From contig JBLMYC010000184.1 in assembly GCA_050258075.1 (NCBI GenBank), forward strand, positions 1 through 58,481: a stretch of 58,481 nucleotides of DNA, in the 5' to 3' direction. Under the pieces are notes generated by a model, which was not told the origin of the DNA, did not search any database, and saw only the letters and a program-made list of their open reading frames with translations. Numbering within the stretch: position 1 is the first letter of the stretch; the number at the start of each line of letters is the position of its first letter. Shown piece by piece: positions 38,592 through 49,453 of this stretch. A program made the position numbers and the translations under genes. Source of the stretch: Acidobacteriota bacterium (GTDB taxonomy: Bacteria > Acidobacteriota > Thermoanaerobaculia > Multivoradales > JAGPDF01).

Positions 38592-40222
38592 GGTCTCGCA
38601 CCGAGGATGGGGGACATGCGGCACAGCGAGGCCGGGTCGAGGATGAGGACCGCGCGTCCGTCGCCGAGCAGGGTCGAGGCCGCGACGCCGGGCAGCGCCG
38701 CCACCAGAGGATCGAGCGCCTTGACGACGATCTCGCGGATGCCGAGGACGCGATCGACCACCACGGCGCGGGTACTGTCGCCATCCTCCAGGATCAGGGC
38801 GTAGCCGTCGCGACGGCGGCGCTCGGCGGTCGAGAAGACGCACCCGAGGTCGAGGGCGGCGAGCACCCTTCCGCGCCAGCGCAGGGCGCCGGCGCCGTTG
38901 ATCTCGTGCAGCTCGCCGGGCTGGAGGCGCGAGCTTTCCAGGACGGCGCGCAGCGGCAGCGCGTAGTCCTCGCCGTCGGCGCTGACCAGCAGCGCGCGGG
39001 TGATCGAGGCGTTGAGCGGCAAACGCAGGCGGAACAGGCTGCCGCGCCCCTCGGCGAACGCCACCTGGATCACGCCGCCCTGCCGCGCCACCGCCTCCTT
39101 GACCGCCGAGAGCCCGATCCCGCGCCCGGCCGCGATGTCGGCTTCGCTGCGGGTCGAGAGGCCGGGAAGGAAGAGCAGCTCGAGCGCATCGGCGCCGGGG
39201 TCCGGTTGGAGCCCGGCGCGCTGGGCCGCCGCACGCAAGGCCGAGCTCTGCACGCCGCGTCCGTCGTCCTCGACGTCGATGCACACCTCGCGCGAGGTGG
39301 CGCGTGCCGCCAGCCGTACCGTGCCGCTCGCGTCCTTGCCGGCGCGCCGGCGCTCCTCCGCCGGCTCGATGCCGTGGATGACCGCGTTGCGCACCAGATG
39401 GCCGAGAGCTTCGCTCGCCAGCTCCAGCAGGGCCTTGTCGAGCGTGGTGTCGGCGCCTTCGACGGCGAGACGGACCTGCTTGTCCTCCTGCACGCTGGTG
39501 TCGTGGACGATGCGCGAAAGCTGCCGGAACAGCGAGTGGAGCGGCACCATGCGCAGGCGGAGCACCTGCTGCTGGAGCTGATCGAGCGTCGCATCCAGGC
39601 GCTCGTGGGCGTCGTCGACCTCGCGCCAGCGGCCCTGCTCGTCGTGCTCGCGGGAGCGCAGCGGCTCGGTGCGCGCCAGCGCGTCGCCGAGCCGGTTGCG
39701 CACCACGACGACCTCGGCGAGCAGGTTGACCAGCGAGTCGAGGGCGGCGAACGGAATGCGCACGCCGCCGCCCAGCTTCTCGATGCCGCCGGGTGCCGCC
39801 GCCTCGGTGCCGGTCACCTCGCCGGCAGGCTGCGGAGCGGTGGCGTGGCCGGCCTCGGCGGTCAATCGCGCCAAGGCCGACCGGAAGTGATCGATGCCGC
39901 TGAGGATCGGACCGACCGCGGGGCGCGCAGGATCGAGACCGGCCACGATGTCTTCCATTTGGTGGGCGCTCGCCTGCAGGGAGGCGAAGCCCATGAGCCC
40001 GGCGTTGCCTTTCAGCGTGTGCAGCTCGCGCTTGACCTCGTCGAGGAGCGCGGGGCGCGCGGCCACGGTTGCGGTCTGGGTTCTGAGAAGCAGCTCTTCC
40101 AGGTGCTCGAGCCGCTCTCGCGCTTCGGCGATGAAGTCCGGCAGGAGCTCCTCGGCGAGCGCGGCCGAGAAGCCGGGGACGGCGCCGCCATTCGCCGGCG
40201 CCGGATCTTCGCCTCGAGTCAC
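38588..40222 (-). CDS. cheA: Chemotaxis histidine kinase CheA
   Basis: HPt motif ELHTLKGNAGLMGF. N, G1 and G2 boxes (HLVRNAVIHGIE, DDGRG, GRGIGLSAVKE). C-terminal CheW-like domain. Confidence 0.9.
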   Translation of the reverse strand: MTRGEDPAPANGGAVPGFSAALAEELLPDFIAEARERLEHLEELLLRTQTATVAARPALLDEVKRELHTLKGNAGLMGFASLQASAHQMEDIVAGLDPARPAVGPILSGIDHFRSALARLTAEAGHATAPQPAGEVTGTEAAAPGGIEKLGGGVRIPFAALDSLVNLLAEVVVVRNRLGDALARTEPLRSREHDEQGRWREVDDAHERLDATLDQLQQQVLRLRMVPLHSLFRQLSRIVHDTSVQEDKQVRLAVEGADTTLDKALLELASEALGHLVRNAVIHGIEPAEERRRAGKDASGTVRLAARATSREVCIDVEDDGRGVQSSALRAAAQRAGLQPDPGADALELLFLPGLSTRSEADIAAGRGIGLSAVKEAVARQGGVIQVAFAEGRGSLFRLRLPLNASITRALLVSADGEDYALPLRAVLESSRLQPGELHEINGAGALRWRGRVLAALDLGCVFSTAERRRRDGYALILEDGDSTRAVVVDRVLGIREIVVKALDPLVAALPGVAASTLLGDGRAVLILDPASLCRMSPILGARP

Positions 40223-40354
40223 GACCGCACCTCGCGAGCGCTCGCGGCACAGCCGGCGGGGTCGGCGCCCTGCCGGGCCCTGTAGCGCCGCGCGGCGCCC
40301 ATCGTTCCTGAGGCTACTCTGGTCCTCATCCCTCGACAGCCATCAAGTGCATGA

Positions 40355-40384
40355 ACTATAAGGGATTCCGGCCCCGGAGTCGAA
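40355..40384 (-). promoter_or_regulatory. Weak sigma70-like promoter candidate upstream of cheA
   Basis: On the minus strand: TTCGAC (40384-40379), an 18-nt spacer, then TATAGT (40360-40355), about 130 nt before the cheA start. This is the only AT-rich patch in the 192-nt gap. Confidence 0.25.
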
Positions 40385-40414
40385 GCGGGGTGCCCCGGCT
40401 TCTGCGCGCGGGCC

Positions 40415-41230
40415 TCACGAGTGCGGCACGGGCGTGATCCCGAGGCGACGGGCGATGCGCGGTGCGAGCTTGGAGAGGACCCGATCGGCGACTGCGCGCA
40501 GTCGCTGGTCGCGCGGCGGCTCTCCTTTGTGGCGGAACCAGCGCCGCATCGGCCGCATCCCCTCCCGCGTCCAGTGGCCCACGATCGCGCCGTCGCGGGT
40601 GCGCACCAGCCAGACCCGCAGCAGCACCGGATCGATGCCGCGGCTGCCGAGCACCGCGCCGCCCACCCAGGTCGCGGTCTCGAGCCCGAACTCGCCGACG
40701 CCCGCCCACCAGCCGTAGGTCGAGTTGCCGGTCGCCTTGGCGACCACGACGCCATGCCCGATGCCGGCCGCCAGGCCCTGGGCGGCGAGGACCCAGAGCC
40801 AGGAGCGGCGGATGTTGCCGTACGCGATCAGCTCGGAGAAGACGACGACGTCGGCGTCCCGCGCCCGCCCGAGCGCCGCAATGCGCGCCAAGGAAGGCCG
40901 CTTGCCGGTGAGCTCGGGGAGATCTTCCTGGACGACGGCGACGCCGCGGTCCTGCAGCTGCTCTGCGAGATCGCCGCGCAGCGCCACCAGGGCGCTTTGG
41001 CGCGCCCCCTCCAGGCCCGCGGCGGGCGGTGCCGGCGGAAGCGCATCGCGCGAGCGGATCGGCACGCCGTCGAACGGAGTCGCGATCAAGACGCGCGGCG
41101 CACCGCCGGCCTGGCCCACCGGCGCCGAGGCGCAGCCGAGGGCGGCGAGGGCGACGAGGAGCGCGGCGGGAGGAAGTCTGCGCCGTCGCAGCCCGCGGCC
41201 GACCGCGGGCGTCGCATCGGGTCCCCTCAT
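40415..41230 (-). CDS. Hypothetical lipoprotein with a Gly-rich hydrophobic C-terminal half
   Basis: Lipobox LAALGCAS after a basic N-terminus. The start overlaps the stop of the upstream 986-aa gene (ATGA at 41227-41230). Confidence 0.6.
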   Translation of the reverse strand: MRGPDATPAVGRGLRRRRLPPAALLVALAALGCASAPVGQAGGAPRVLIATPFDGVPIRSRDALPPAPPAAGLEGARQSALVALRGDLAEQLQDRGVAVVQEDLPELTGKRPSLARIAALGRARDADVVVFSELIAYGNIRRSWLWVLAAQGLAAGIGHGVVVAKATGNSTYGWWAGVGEFGLETATWVGGAVLGSRGIDPVLLRVWLVRTRDGAIVGHWTREGMRPMRRWFRHKGEPPRDQRLRAVADRVLSKLAPRIARRLGITPVPHS

Positions 41231-44187
41231 TTGAAGAGCTTCAGGAACACGACGTACACGACCACCCCGTGCTCGGGTCCGGCGACCGGCGTTCCGGCGT
41301 CGAGGTTGATCACCGTCTCCCACGGTCCGACCAGGGTGCCGACCAGGCCGACGCCGGCGAGCAGCTCGTGGTCGAGACCGGTGAGCCGGTCGGTCGCCCA
41401 GGCGATGTCGGCCGCGGCGTCGATGCGGAAGACGTCGCCGATCCCGAAGCCGTACGTGGCGTGGGTCGCCCACACCTGATCGGCGCGCAGCCGGTTGCTG
41501 GCATAGCCGTGCACGCGCGAACCACCGAAGAACCCGAACTCGTACTTGCTGAAGCGGTCGAGGTTGCGCCCGCCGAGGTAGTCGGCCTCGATGCCGAAGC
41601 GGCGGAAGGCGGCGAAGCTCCAGGTCTTGCTGAACGAGGCGTCCCAGCGCCAGAAGTTGCGGTTGGCCGGAGCGTAGTCGGGATTCCCGGGATAGCCCCA
41701 GCTCCGCCACTGCGAGCGCATGCTGTAGCCGGCGCCGGCGGTCGCCTGATAGCCCTCGCGCGCCAGCTTGAGATCGAGCGACAGGCTGTGGACGAAGTGG
41801 TCGGCCGGCAGGGTGAAGCTCGGCGCCGTGTCGCGCGTGCGCTGGTAGTGGTTGTAGGCCGCGTCGTACGAAAACGTCGCCTTGAGGAAGTTGCCGATCG
41901 GATGCCCGATCGACAGGCTGGCGCGGGCGGGCAGCGACTTCAGGGTCTGGCCGGTCTGCTCCTGCCCGTTGACGTACAGCTTGTCCTCGAGCGGCACGGC
42001 GATCGCGAAGGCGTTGCCGCCGACGTCGAAGCCGCTGCCGCCGACGCGCGGCTGGGCGATGCTGACGGTGGCGAGCGCGCCGGCGAAGAACACGTTGAAC
42101 TGCTTGCCGGTGCCCTTGAGGTCGAGCGAGAAGTAGTTGATGCCGGCGAGCGGCAGGGGATAGTCGAGCGACCTCTCGTAGTAGGCGCCGCCGACCAGGA
42201 ACAGCTTGTTCTTGGCGAAGCCCTCGCGCACCACGCGCTGGCCGGTCGTCTTGTCCTTGGCGAGGTAGCGCAGCCCGTCGGGCGTGTCGCGCACCATGGT
42301 CGAGGCGGAGTCGAAGGCCTGCTGGCGGTCGGCCTCGAAGCTCGCCGGGTTGAGGCGCAGATCGGTGAGCTTGGTCTCCTTCTCGACCAGCGTCGTGCCG
42401 TTGAGGATCGACAGGATCTGCTGGCCGTAGACGCGCAGCGGCAGGACGTAGCTGTCGGCCGACCACGCCGCCGGCTGCCCCTGCCCGTTGACTGGCGTGT
42501 AGTCGAGGGTCTCCTCGTTGGAGATCACCTCGCCCTCGAGGCCGAGTTGCAGCGCCCGGGTGCGCACCCGGGCGAAGAGCTTCTGGTCGATCCACACGGT
42601 GCCGCGGTACAGGTGCTGGCCCTTGGCCGCCTCCTGGAGTGGCGTGAAGTCGACCACCCAGCACGGCCGGCCGGCGATCTCCTCGCTGCCGCGCAGGCTG
42701 TAGCGGTACTCCTTGGTGAAGTGGATCTCGAGCGGCATGGCCGCGGCCTTCTGCGGCTGGATCAGCGGGATCTCCGGGATCGTCTTGCCCCGCCAGCGCA
42801 CGCCGTTGAAGAAGAAGTCGCGCCACATCCAGTCGGGCGGCTCGCCCTGGCGGACGAAGTACGGGCCCTGGAACGTGGCCTCGATCGTCTGCACGCCGGC
42901 CGAGACGCGGAAGCGCAGGCTGGTCGTGTTGGTCGCCTCGTACTGGTGCAGGCGCCGATTCTGGGCGTCCTCGAAGGCCTGCAGCCGGCGCAGGATCTCC
43001 TCGACCGGGATCGACTTCTCACCGGTCACCTCGACCCGCTCCTTGACCTGCTCGAGGTCGCCCGGCGCGCCGCGCTCGATCTTCAGGACCTCGACCGCCA
43101 GCGGCTTGGGGATGGTCGTCTCGATGGCGTTCCCGATCCGTCGCCCGCCGAGCCCGACCTCGCGCCCGCTTGCCGGGTCGACGCGCACGATGCGGGTGAG
43201 GGTCGGATCGGGGAAGGTGAGGGTTTCGCTCTGGCCCGGCGTCGGCGCCAGCACGACCACCCGCAGGGCGAGGTCCTTGCCGCGCACGAAGGCCCAGCCT
43301 TCGGCGCCGGCGGGCTTCGAGCCGGCATCGTAGGAGACGTCGCCCTGGAACTCGGCGGCGAGGACCTTCAGTGGCCGCAGGTCGACGGCCGCAACCGACG
43401 ATAGATCGTAGATCTCCGCGGCGAACCCGGCCGCGGCGTCGCGTGCCGCGTCGGCCAGCACCAGCGACGGCGTCGCCGCCGGATAGGCCTCGCCTTCGCG
43501 GACCACCGGCTTGCCGGGATCGAGCTCGGCGAGCGCCGTGAGCGCGGCGGCGTCGCCGTCCGGCGGGCCGCCGGCCAGCGCCACGACGTCGGCGTAGGCC
43601 GCGACCTCTTCGCCGTAGAAGCTGCGCAGAAACGCCGCGCTCGCCGGCAGCGCCGCGGTCGTGACGTGCGCGCCGGCCGCGGCACCGGTGATCGCCACCG
43701 AGGCGCGCTTGAAGAGGAACGCATACTCCTTCGGGTCCATCTCGCCGCCCGGCTGCCAGCTCACCTGGTAGACGGCGTCGGGGCCGCCGGCACGGGCGAT
43801 CGCCGCCGCCGCCGCGAGCTCGCGCGACAGGGCGTCGAGGTGCGTCGCGAGCGGCGGCGGTACGGTGAAGCTCAGGCTGATCCACGGCGTCAGGCGGGCC
43901 TGGCGCAGCGCGTCGGCGGGCTGTGCGTCGGCGGTGCCGTCGAGCGGCAGCGGCCAGGCGGCGAAGACCCGCGGCTCTCCCGCCGGCTGCCAGTCGGTCT
44001 GCCACGCGACGGCGAGGGCGCGCGGGTCGCCGGTCCGCATGCCGGCGCAGGGCCGGCAGGGGAAAAGCGTCGTGGCGCCGAGGTTTGCGGTCAGTGTGAC
44101 GGCGAGAAGAACGGTGAGGATGGCGGCGCGTGGCGCGCTCGGGACACGGGTCGGAGTGACGCGCGGGCGACGCGCAGCAAGGCTCAT
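41227..44187 (-). CDS. Large secreted/outer-membrane protein: N-terminal unknown domain, central LolA/RseB-like domain, C-terminal Omp85-like beta-barrel
   Basis: Signal peptide. The central GRPCWVVDFTPLQEAAKGQHLYRGTVWIDQKLF resembles lipoprotein-sorting (LolA-like) domains. The last ~330 aa alternate hydrophobic and polar residues with many aromatic residues (…FGIEADYLGGRNLDRFSKYEFGFFGG…VVYVVFLKLFK). Confidence 0.65.
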   Translation of the reverse strand: MSLAARRPRVTPTRVPSAPRAAILTVLLAVTLTANLGATTLFPCRPCAGMRTGDPRALAVAWQTDWQPAGEPRVFAAWPLPLDGTADAQPADALRQARLTPWISLSFTVPPPLATHLDALSRELAAAAAIARAGGPDAVYQVSWQPGGEMDPKEYAFLFKRASVAITGAAAGAHVTTAALPASAAFLRSFYGEEVAAYADVVALAGGPPDGDAAALTALAELDPGKPVVREGEAYPAATPSLVLADAARDAAAGFAAEIYDLSSVAAVDLRPLKVLAAEFQGDVSYDAGSKPAGAEGWAFVRGKDLALRVVVLAPTPGQSETLTFPDPTLTRIVRVDPASGREVGLGGRRIGNAIETTIPKPLAVEVLKIERGAPGDLEQVKERVEVTGEKSIPVEEILRRLQAFEDAQNRRLHQYEATNTTSLRFRVSAGVQTIEATFQGPYFVRQGEPPDWMWRDFFFNGVRWRGKTIPEIPLIQPQKAAAMPLEIHFTKEYRYSLRGSEEIAGRPCWVVDFTPLQEAAKGQHLYRGTVWIDQKLFARVRTRALQLGLEGEVISNEETLDYTPVNGQGQPAAWSADSYVLPLRVYGQQILSILNGTTLVEKETKLTDLRLNPASFEADRQQAFDSASTMVRDTPDGLRYLAKDKTTGQRVVREGFAKNKLFLVGGAYYERSLDYPLPLAGINYFSLDLKGTGKQFNVFFAGALATVSIAQPRVGGSGFDVGGNAFAIAVPLEDKLYVNGQEQTGQTLKSLPARASLSIGHPIGNFLKATFSYDAAYNHYQRTRDTAPSFTLPADHFVHSLSLDLKLAREGYQATAGAGYSMRSQWRSWGYPGNPDYAPANRNFWRWDASFSKTWSFAAFRRFGIEADYLGGRNLDRFSKYEFGFFGGSRVHGYASNRLRADQVWATHATYGFGIGDVFRIDAAADIAWATDRLTGLDHELLAGVGLVGTLVGPWETVINLDAGTPVAGPEHGVVVYVVFLKLFK

Positions 44188-44256
44188 GGCGGCAATATAG
44201 CAAGGCGACAGCGCCGCCCTGCCGCGGCTCTGCGGCTGATATCATTTCTTGGAGTC

Positions 44257-45354
44257 ATGGAGTTCTCGGGCCGCATCGCCTCGTTTCCGGTCAGCGACAT
44301 CCTGCAGTGGGCGAGCAATGACCGGCGCACCGGCGCACTGGTTCTGCGCCGCAGCCGCCGCGAAAAGCGCGTCTACTTCCGGGACGGCAAGGTGGTGGCC
44401 TGCATCTCGGACGACCCGGCGGAGTACTACGGCCAGCACCTGCTGCTGACCGGGAACGTCAGCGAGAGCGCCCTGGTGCGGGCGCTGACCTACTGCCGCG
44501 AGAAGCAGGCGCGGCTCGGCGTGGCGCTGCGCGAGCTCGGCATTCTCTCTCCCGAAGTCATCCAGAAGACCCTACGCACCCAGATCGAGGATTCGGTCTG
44601 TGACCTGTTCACCTGGCGGGACGGTCTCTTCTTCTTCGAGAGCGAGATTCGCCCCGACGAGGAGATCCTGCCGCAGCCGATCGAGACCATTGCGCTGATC
44701 ATGGAAGGAACGCGCTGGATCGACGAGCTGCAGCGCATGCGTGGCGTCTTCGTGCACGACAACATCACGCTGTGCCGCGGCAAGCGCTGGCCGGGCGACA
44801 AGCTGAGCCCGATCCAGCAGCGGGTGGTCGCCGCGGTCGACAACCGGCTGACGCTCGCCGAGCTGTACCATCTGGTGCGCGGCGTTCACTTCCGCTTCGT
44901 GGAGGCGACCTTCGACCTCGCGGTGCGCGAGATCGTCGACATCCATTCGGTCGGCGAGCCGCAGCGCACGGCGTCGCGCGAGCTCAACCTGTACGACCTG
45001 CTGCTCGAGCAGGCGGCCGAGGATCAGCTGGTCCTCTCTCGCCAGCACTTGGCGATCCCGATCGACGTGGTGGAGAAGTTCTTCCCGGTGTGGATGAACG
45101 GCGTTCCGCCACGCGATCCGGCGGAGGCCCCGGTCGAGGCTCGAGTCTTCCTGCGCCGCATCGACGGCAAGACCAGCCTGAAGGACCTCTTCTCGCGCGA
45201 CCGCAGCCAGCTCTCGCAGGAGCTCGAGTGGCTGCTCCGGCAGCTGCGCGCCGGCCGGCTGGCTCTGCTGCCGGCGCCGATGGCCGATGTCGAAGCGGCC
45301 GGCGAGCGCGCCACCGAGGCGGGATCCCGGCCCTGGTGGCGCTTCGGGCGCTGA
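44257..45354 (+). CDS. DUF4388-domain protein
   Basis: The N-terminal GRIASFPVSDILQWASNDRRTGALVLRRSRREKRVYFRDGKVVA matches the DUF4388 pattern as I remember it. GGAG RBS. Start at MEFSGR (44257). Confidence 0.65.
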   Translation: MEFSGRIASFPVSDILQWASNDRRTGALVLRRSRREKRVYFRDGKVVACISDDPAEYYGQHLLLTGNVSESALVRALTYCREKQARLGVALRELGILSPEVIQKTLRTQIEDSVCDLFTWRDGLFFFESEIRPDEEILPQPIETIALIMEGTRWIDELQRMRGVFVHDNITLCRGKRWPGDKLSPIQQRVVAAVDNRLTLAELYHLVRGVHFRFVEATFDLAVREIVDIHSVGEPQRTASRELNLYDLLLEQAAEDQLVLSRQHLAIPIDVVEKFFPVWMNGVPPRDPAEAPVEARVFLRRIDGKTSLKDLFSRDRSQLSQELEWLLRQLRAGRLALLPAPMADVEAAGERATEAGSRPWWRFGR

Positions 45355-45358
45355 TCGG

Positions 45359-45382
45359 GAGCGAGCGCCAGCCGGCGCTCGC

Positions 45383-45384
<2 letters not shown>
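45359..45384. terminator. GC-rich hairpin between convergent genes (overlaps the recA stop)
   Basis: Perfect 11-bp stem GAGCGAGCGCC / GGCGCTCGCTC with the 4-nt loop AGCC. There is no U-tract on either side. Confidence 0.45.
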
Positions 45385-46420
<1,036 letters not shown>

Positions 46421-46559
46421 GAGAAAGCTCCTCTTTTTCGGTCCGCCCGAAGGTTACACCATTTTGGGTCGGCATGGCGTAAGTAAGGCGGCAATTCCTT
46501 TACGCTGCACCGCACCCGCATCCTAGGGGTCGGATTCGCCAGAGGTATCCTTGCAGGGA

Positions 46560-47522
46560 ATGGATCGGGGAGCCGGAATCGCGCGCGGAAACGGGCTGGC
46601 CGAGGCGCTGGCAGGCGTCGCCGGCCTGAAGGTGCGGCCCGGCGAGCGGCTCGGGCGCCACACCACGTTCGGCATCGGTGGGCCGGCGGAGCTCTTTGTC
46701 GAGGTCGGGAGCCAGACCGCCCTGGTGACGCTGTTGCGCGCCGTGCGCTCGAGCGGCATGCCGTTCTTCCTGCTCGGTTTGGGCTCGAACGTGCTCATCC
46801 CCGACGCAGGCGTCGCCGGGGTCGTCGCCAAGCTCGGCGGCGAGCTGCGCCGGGTGCGGGTGCGCGGCGAGCTGGTCGGCGTCGGCGGGGCGCTGCCGCT
46901 CGGCCTCCTGGCGCGGCGCATGGCGGCGCGCGGCCTCGTCGGGCTCGAGGCCATCTCCGGCTTTCCCTCGACGGTGGGCGGCGCGGTGTGCATGAACGCC
47001 GGGAGCTATGGCACCGAGGTGAAGGACGTGCTGATCCGAGTCAGCGTCGTCGAGCGCGATGGCACTCCGCGCCGCCTCTCGACCGCCGAGCTCGAGCCGC
47101 GCTACCGATCGACCAGCCTGCAGAGAAGCGGCGCGGTGGTGACGCGGGCCGTCCTCCGGCTCACGCCCGGCGATCCGCAGGCGGCGCTCGCCCGCATCGA
47201 GGAGCTCAACCGCAAGCGCTGGGCGTCGCTTCCCTCCGGTCAGCCCAACGCCGGCTCGATCTTCAAGAACCCGCCGGGCGACCACGCCGGCCGCCTGCTC
47301 GAGCTGGCCGGCATGAAGGGCGTCCGCCAGGGCGGCGCCGAGGTCAGCGCCAAGCACGCCAACGTCATCGTCAATGCAGGCGGCGCGACGGCCGAGGACG
47401 TCTTCTCGCTGATGGTGGAGATGCACCGCGCCGTGGCCGAGCGATTCGACGTGCGACTCGAGCCCGAGATCGTGCTCGTCGGCGTTCTCCGGCGGCGGTG
47501 GACGGAGGCGACCGGCGGCTGA
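46560..47522 (+). CDS. murB: UDP-N-acetylenolpyruvoylglucosamine reductase MurB
   Basis: FAD-binding LGLGSNVLIPDAG, then AGSIFKNPPG and GGAEVSAKHANVIVN. ATG at 46560. TTG 46551 is an alternative start. Confidence 0.9.
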   Translation: MDRGAGIARGNGLAEALAGVAGLKVRPGERLGRHTTFGIGGPAELFVEVGSQTALVTLLRAVRSSGMPFFLLGLGSNVLIPDAGVAGVVAKLGGELRRVRVRGELVGVGGALPLGLLARRMAARGLVGLEAISGFPSTVGGAVCMNAGSYGTEVKDVLIRVSVVERDGTPRRLSTAELEPRYRSTSLQRSGAVVTRAVLRLTPGDPQAALARIEELNRKRWASLPSGQPNAGSIFKNPPGDHAGRLLELAGMKGVRQGGAEVSAKHANVIVNAGGATAEDVFSLMVEMHRAVAERFDVRLEPEIVLVGVLRRRWTEATGG

Positions 47523-47542
47523 GTGATCCCCCGTGAAGGCCG

Positions 47543-49453
47543 TCAGCTCCCGGGGCGGTGGAAGAGGTTCAGGGCGGTGTCCTCGTTCGCGGTCACCGGA
47601 GGGACGCTCAGGCCCGAGCCCTGGAACTTGAGCGAGGCCCACGGGTTCCCCAGGGTGACGTTCCAGTCCACGCGTGGTTCGTACGTGAAGCCCAACAACG
47701 GCATGGCGGCGTCATGCCAGACGAAGAAGTGGACCGCCTCGTAGGCCGGCGCGAACAGCCCGGCGAAGAAGGGTGCTCCACTCGTCCCGTTCGGGCATCC
47801 GGTGGCCTGGAGCTGCATCTGCGGATTACCGGTCGCGTACGTGAGCTCGATTTTCAGGGGCGGCGGGTTGTCCTCGTACTGGTTCACGTCGAGGATCATC
47901 TCCGGGACGGAGAAGGCGTCCGGCTTCAGGTTGCCGGTCGCCGCCTGCTTGGTGCAGGGTCTGGGCGCTCCACCGGTATACGTCGCCTTGATGTAGTTGT
48001 TGGGAGTCGGGGGGGCGCTACCGAACGCAAAGGGTGGGTGAAAGTGGATCGTCGCATGGGTGTCGAACTGATGACTCGCCCGGATCATGTAGCCCTCTGG
48101 AGCCGGGTTGGAGTGGGAGAAAGTCGTCTTCCACTCGAGCATGAAAGTGAGGCAGGTCTCGAGTGTGGATGAACTGACGAGCGAGGTAGCGCCCGCGTCC
48201 TCCAGCTCGTGCCACCACTGGAGCGCCGGTACGGGCTGGGTGTGGTTTCCCGCGTTGCACGCCTGGACCGCGTCGGCGTAGCAGTGCACCGCGCCCAGTT
48301 TGAGCGCTTGCTTGATCTGGCCGATCTCGGTGCCGAGCTGCCCCGCGACCCCGTCCGCGACCGCCTTCCGGATGTAGTTCTTTAGGCTGTTCGCGTACTG
48401 CTTGCGGCCGGCGCAGCTCGCCGCGGCGGCATCCGCCCATCTGCCAACGGTGTCGTCGAAACGGTCCTGGTAGTAGCCCAGGTCGCCGCTCCCGGCTGAG
48501 ACGACGTCGGAACTGGAGTGGAGCGACTGGCGAAGCTGCCAGTGCACCTGCCAGAGGCCCTGGTCGAACTGGTCCTCGAGCCGCGCCGGCTTCTTCTTGA
48601 GCTCGGTCGCCTGCTCGCTCGCCTTGCCGGCCGCCAGGCCGTAGCCGCCGGTGTGGAGGATGTCGAGCCGGACCGACCGCTGGCCGAGCGCGGCCGGGTA
48701 GAGGAAGAAGAGCGAGCCCCGCAGCCGGTAGCCGAACGTCGTCTCGGAGGCGAGCGCCACCGGCTGCACGGGCTGGATCGAGAGCGCGGCGAGCGCCTGG
48801 AAGCGCAGTCCGGACGGACCGATCTCGACGCCGGCCGCCAGGCCGGGTGTGAGCGGCAGGCCGGCGATCGACTTGATCGGAGTGAGGGTGATCGTCTCGG
48901 GGAAGAGCAGGGCCTGCGGTGGGATCGTCAGCGTGAAGCGCGCGCCGCTGGCCGCCGTCGCTTGGAGCGTCCCGCCGGTCGCACCGATCGACTTCGAGAC
49001 CGCGCGCGCGGTGTCCAGGGTCACCTTGAGTCCGCGCCGCCGCGCCGGTGCGGCGTGATCGAAGAGCAGGGTCTGCGGGGCCTTCGCTTCGAAGGGCAGG
49101 ATGCGGGCGCTGCCGTCTTCGCGGCAGGCGAGCGTGAGCTCGAACCGGCCGGCTTCGAGCGCCGTCGCGAGCAGCCACCAGTGACCGTTGTCCTGACGGC
49201 CGTCGAGAACGCTCGCGATCAGGACCGGAGCGAGCGAGCCCGCGCGGCGGAACGCCGTCGTGCCGTCGTCGCGCATCTCGGCGTCGAGGGCGACCCCCGC
49301 CTCCCGGGCGGTGACGGCGGGCGCCTCATTGTTCGACTCGGCGCGCGGCGCGGCGTGGGCGAGATTGGCGCCAAGGATGGGGGCGGCCAGCACCGTCGTG
49401 GCAAGTCGCCAGTGAAAACGACTCGACCGACGACGCCGCGGGGCAGTCGGCAT
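47543..49453 (-). CDS. Hypothetical secreted protein (636 aa) with a Cys-containing, lower-GC C-terminal domain
   Basis: Basic N-terminus plus signal peptide (...LAAPILGANLAHAAP). GGAGG RBS. No recognisable motif. Confidence 0.6.
   Translation of the reverse strand: MPTAPRRRRSSRFHWRLATTVLAAPILGANLAHAAPRAESNNEAPAVTAREAGVALDAEMRDDGTTAFRRAGSLAPVLIASVLDGRQDNGHWWLLATALEAGRFELTLACREDGSARILPFEAKAPQTLLFDHAAPARRRGLKVTLDTARAVSKSIGATGGTLQATAASGARFTLTIPPQALLFPETITLTPIKSIAGLPLTPGLAAGVEIGPSGLRFQALAALSIQPVQPVALASETTFGYRLRGSLFFLYPAALGQRSVRLDILHTGGYGLAAGKASEQATELKKKPARLEDQFDQGLWQVHWQLRQSLHSSSDVVSAGSGDLGYYQDRFDDTVGRWADAAAASCAGRKQYANSLKNYIRKAVADGVAGQLGTEIGQIKQALKLGAVHCYADAVQACNAGNHTQPVPALQWWHELEDAGATSLVSSSTLETCLTFMLEWKTTFSHSNPAPEGYMIRASHQFDTHATIHFHPPFAFGSAPPTPNNYIKATYTGGAPRPCTKQAATGNLKPDAFSVPEMILDVNQYEDNPPPLKIELTYATGNPQMQLQATGCPNGTSGAPFFAGLFAPAYEAVHFFVWHDAAMPLLGFTYEPRVDWNVTLGNPWASLKFQGSGLSVPPVTANEDTALNLFHRPGS

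Noticed and set aside
46421-46550. LexA/SOS box upstream of recA
   Set aside because: I could not find CTGT-N8-ACAG, GAAC-N4-GTTC, GTTC-N7-GTTC, the Geobacter-type GGTT...ACC motif or TTAC-N3-GTAA in either orientation. The lineage may use an unknown motif, so nothing is claimed.
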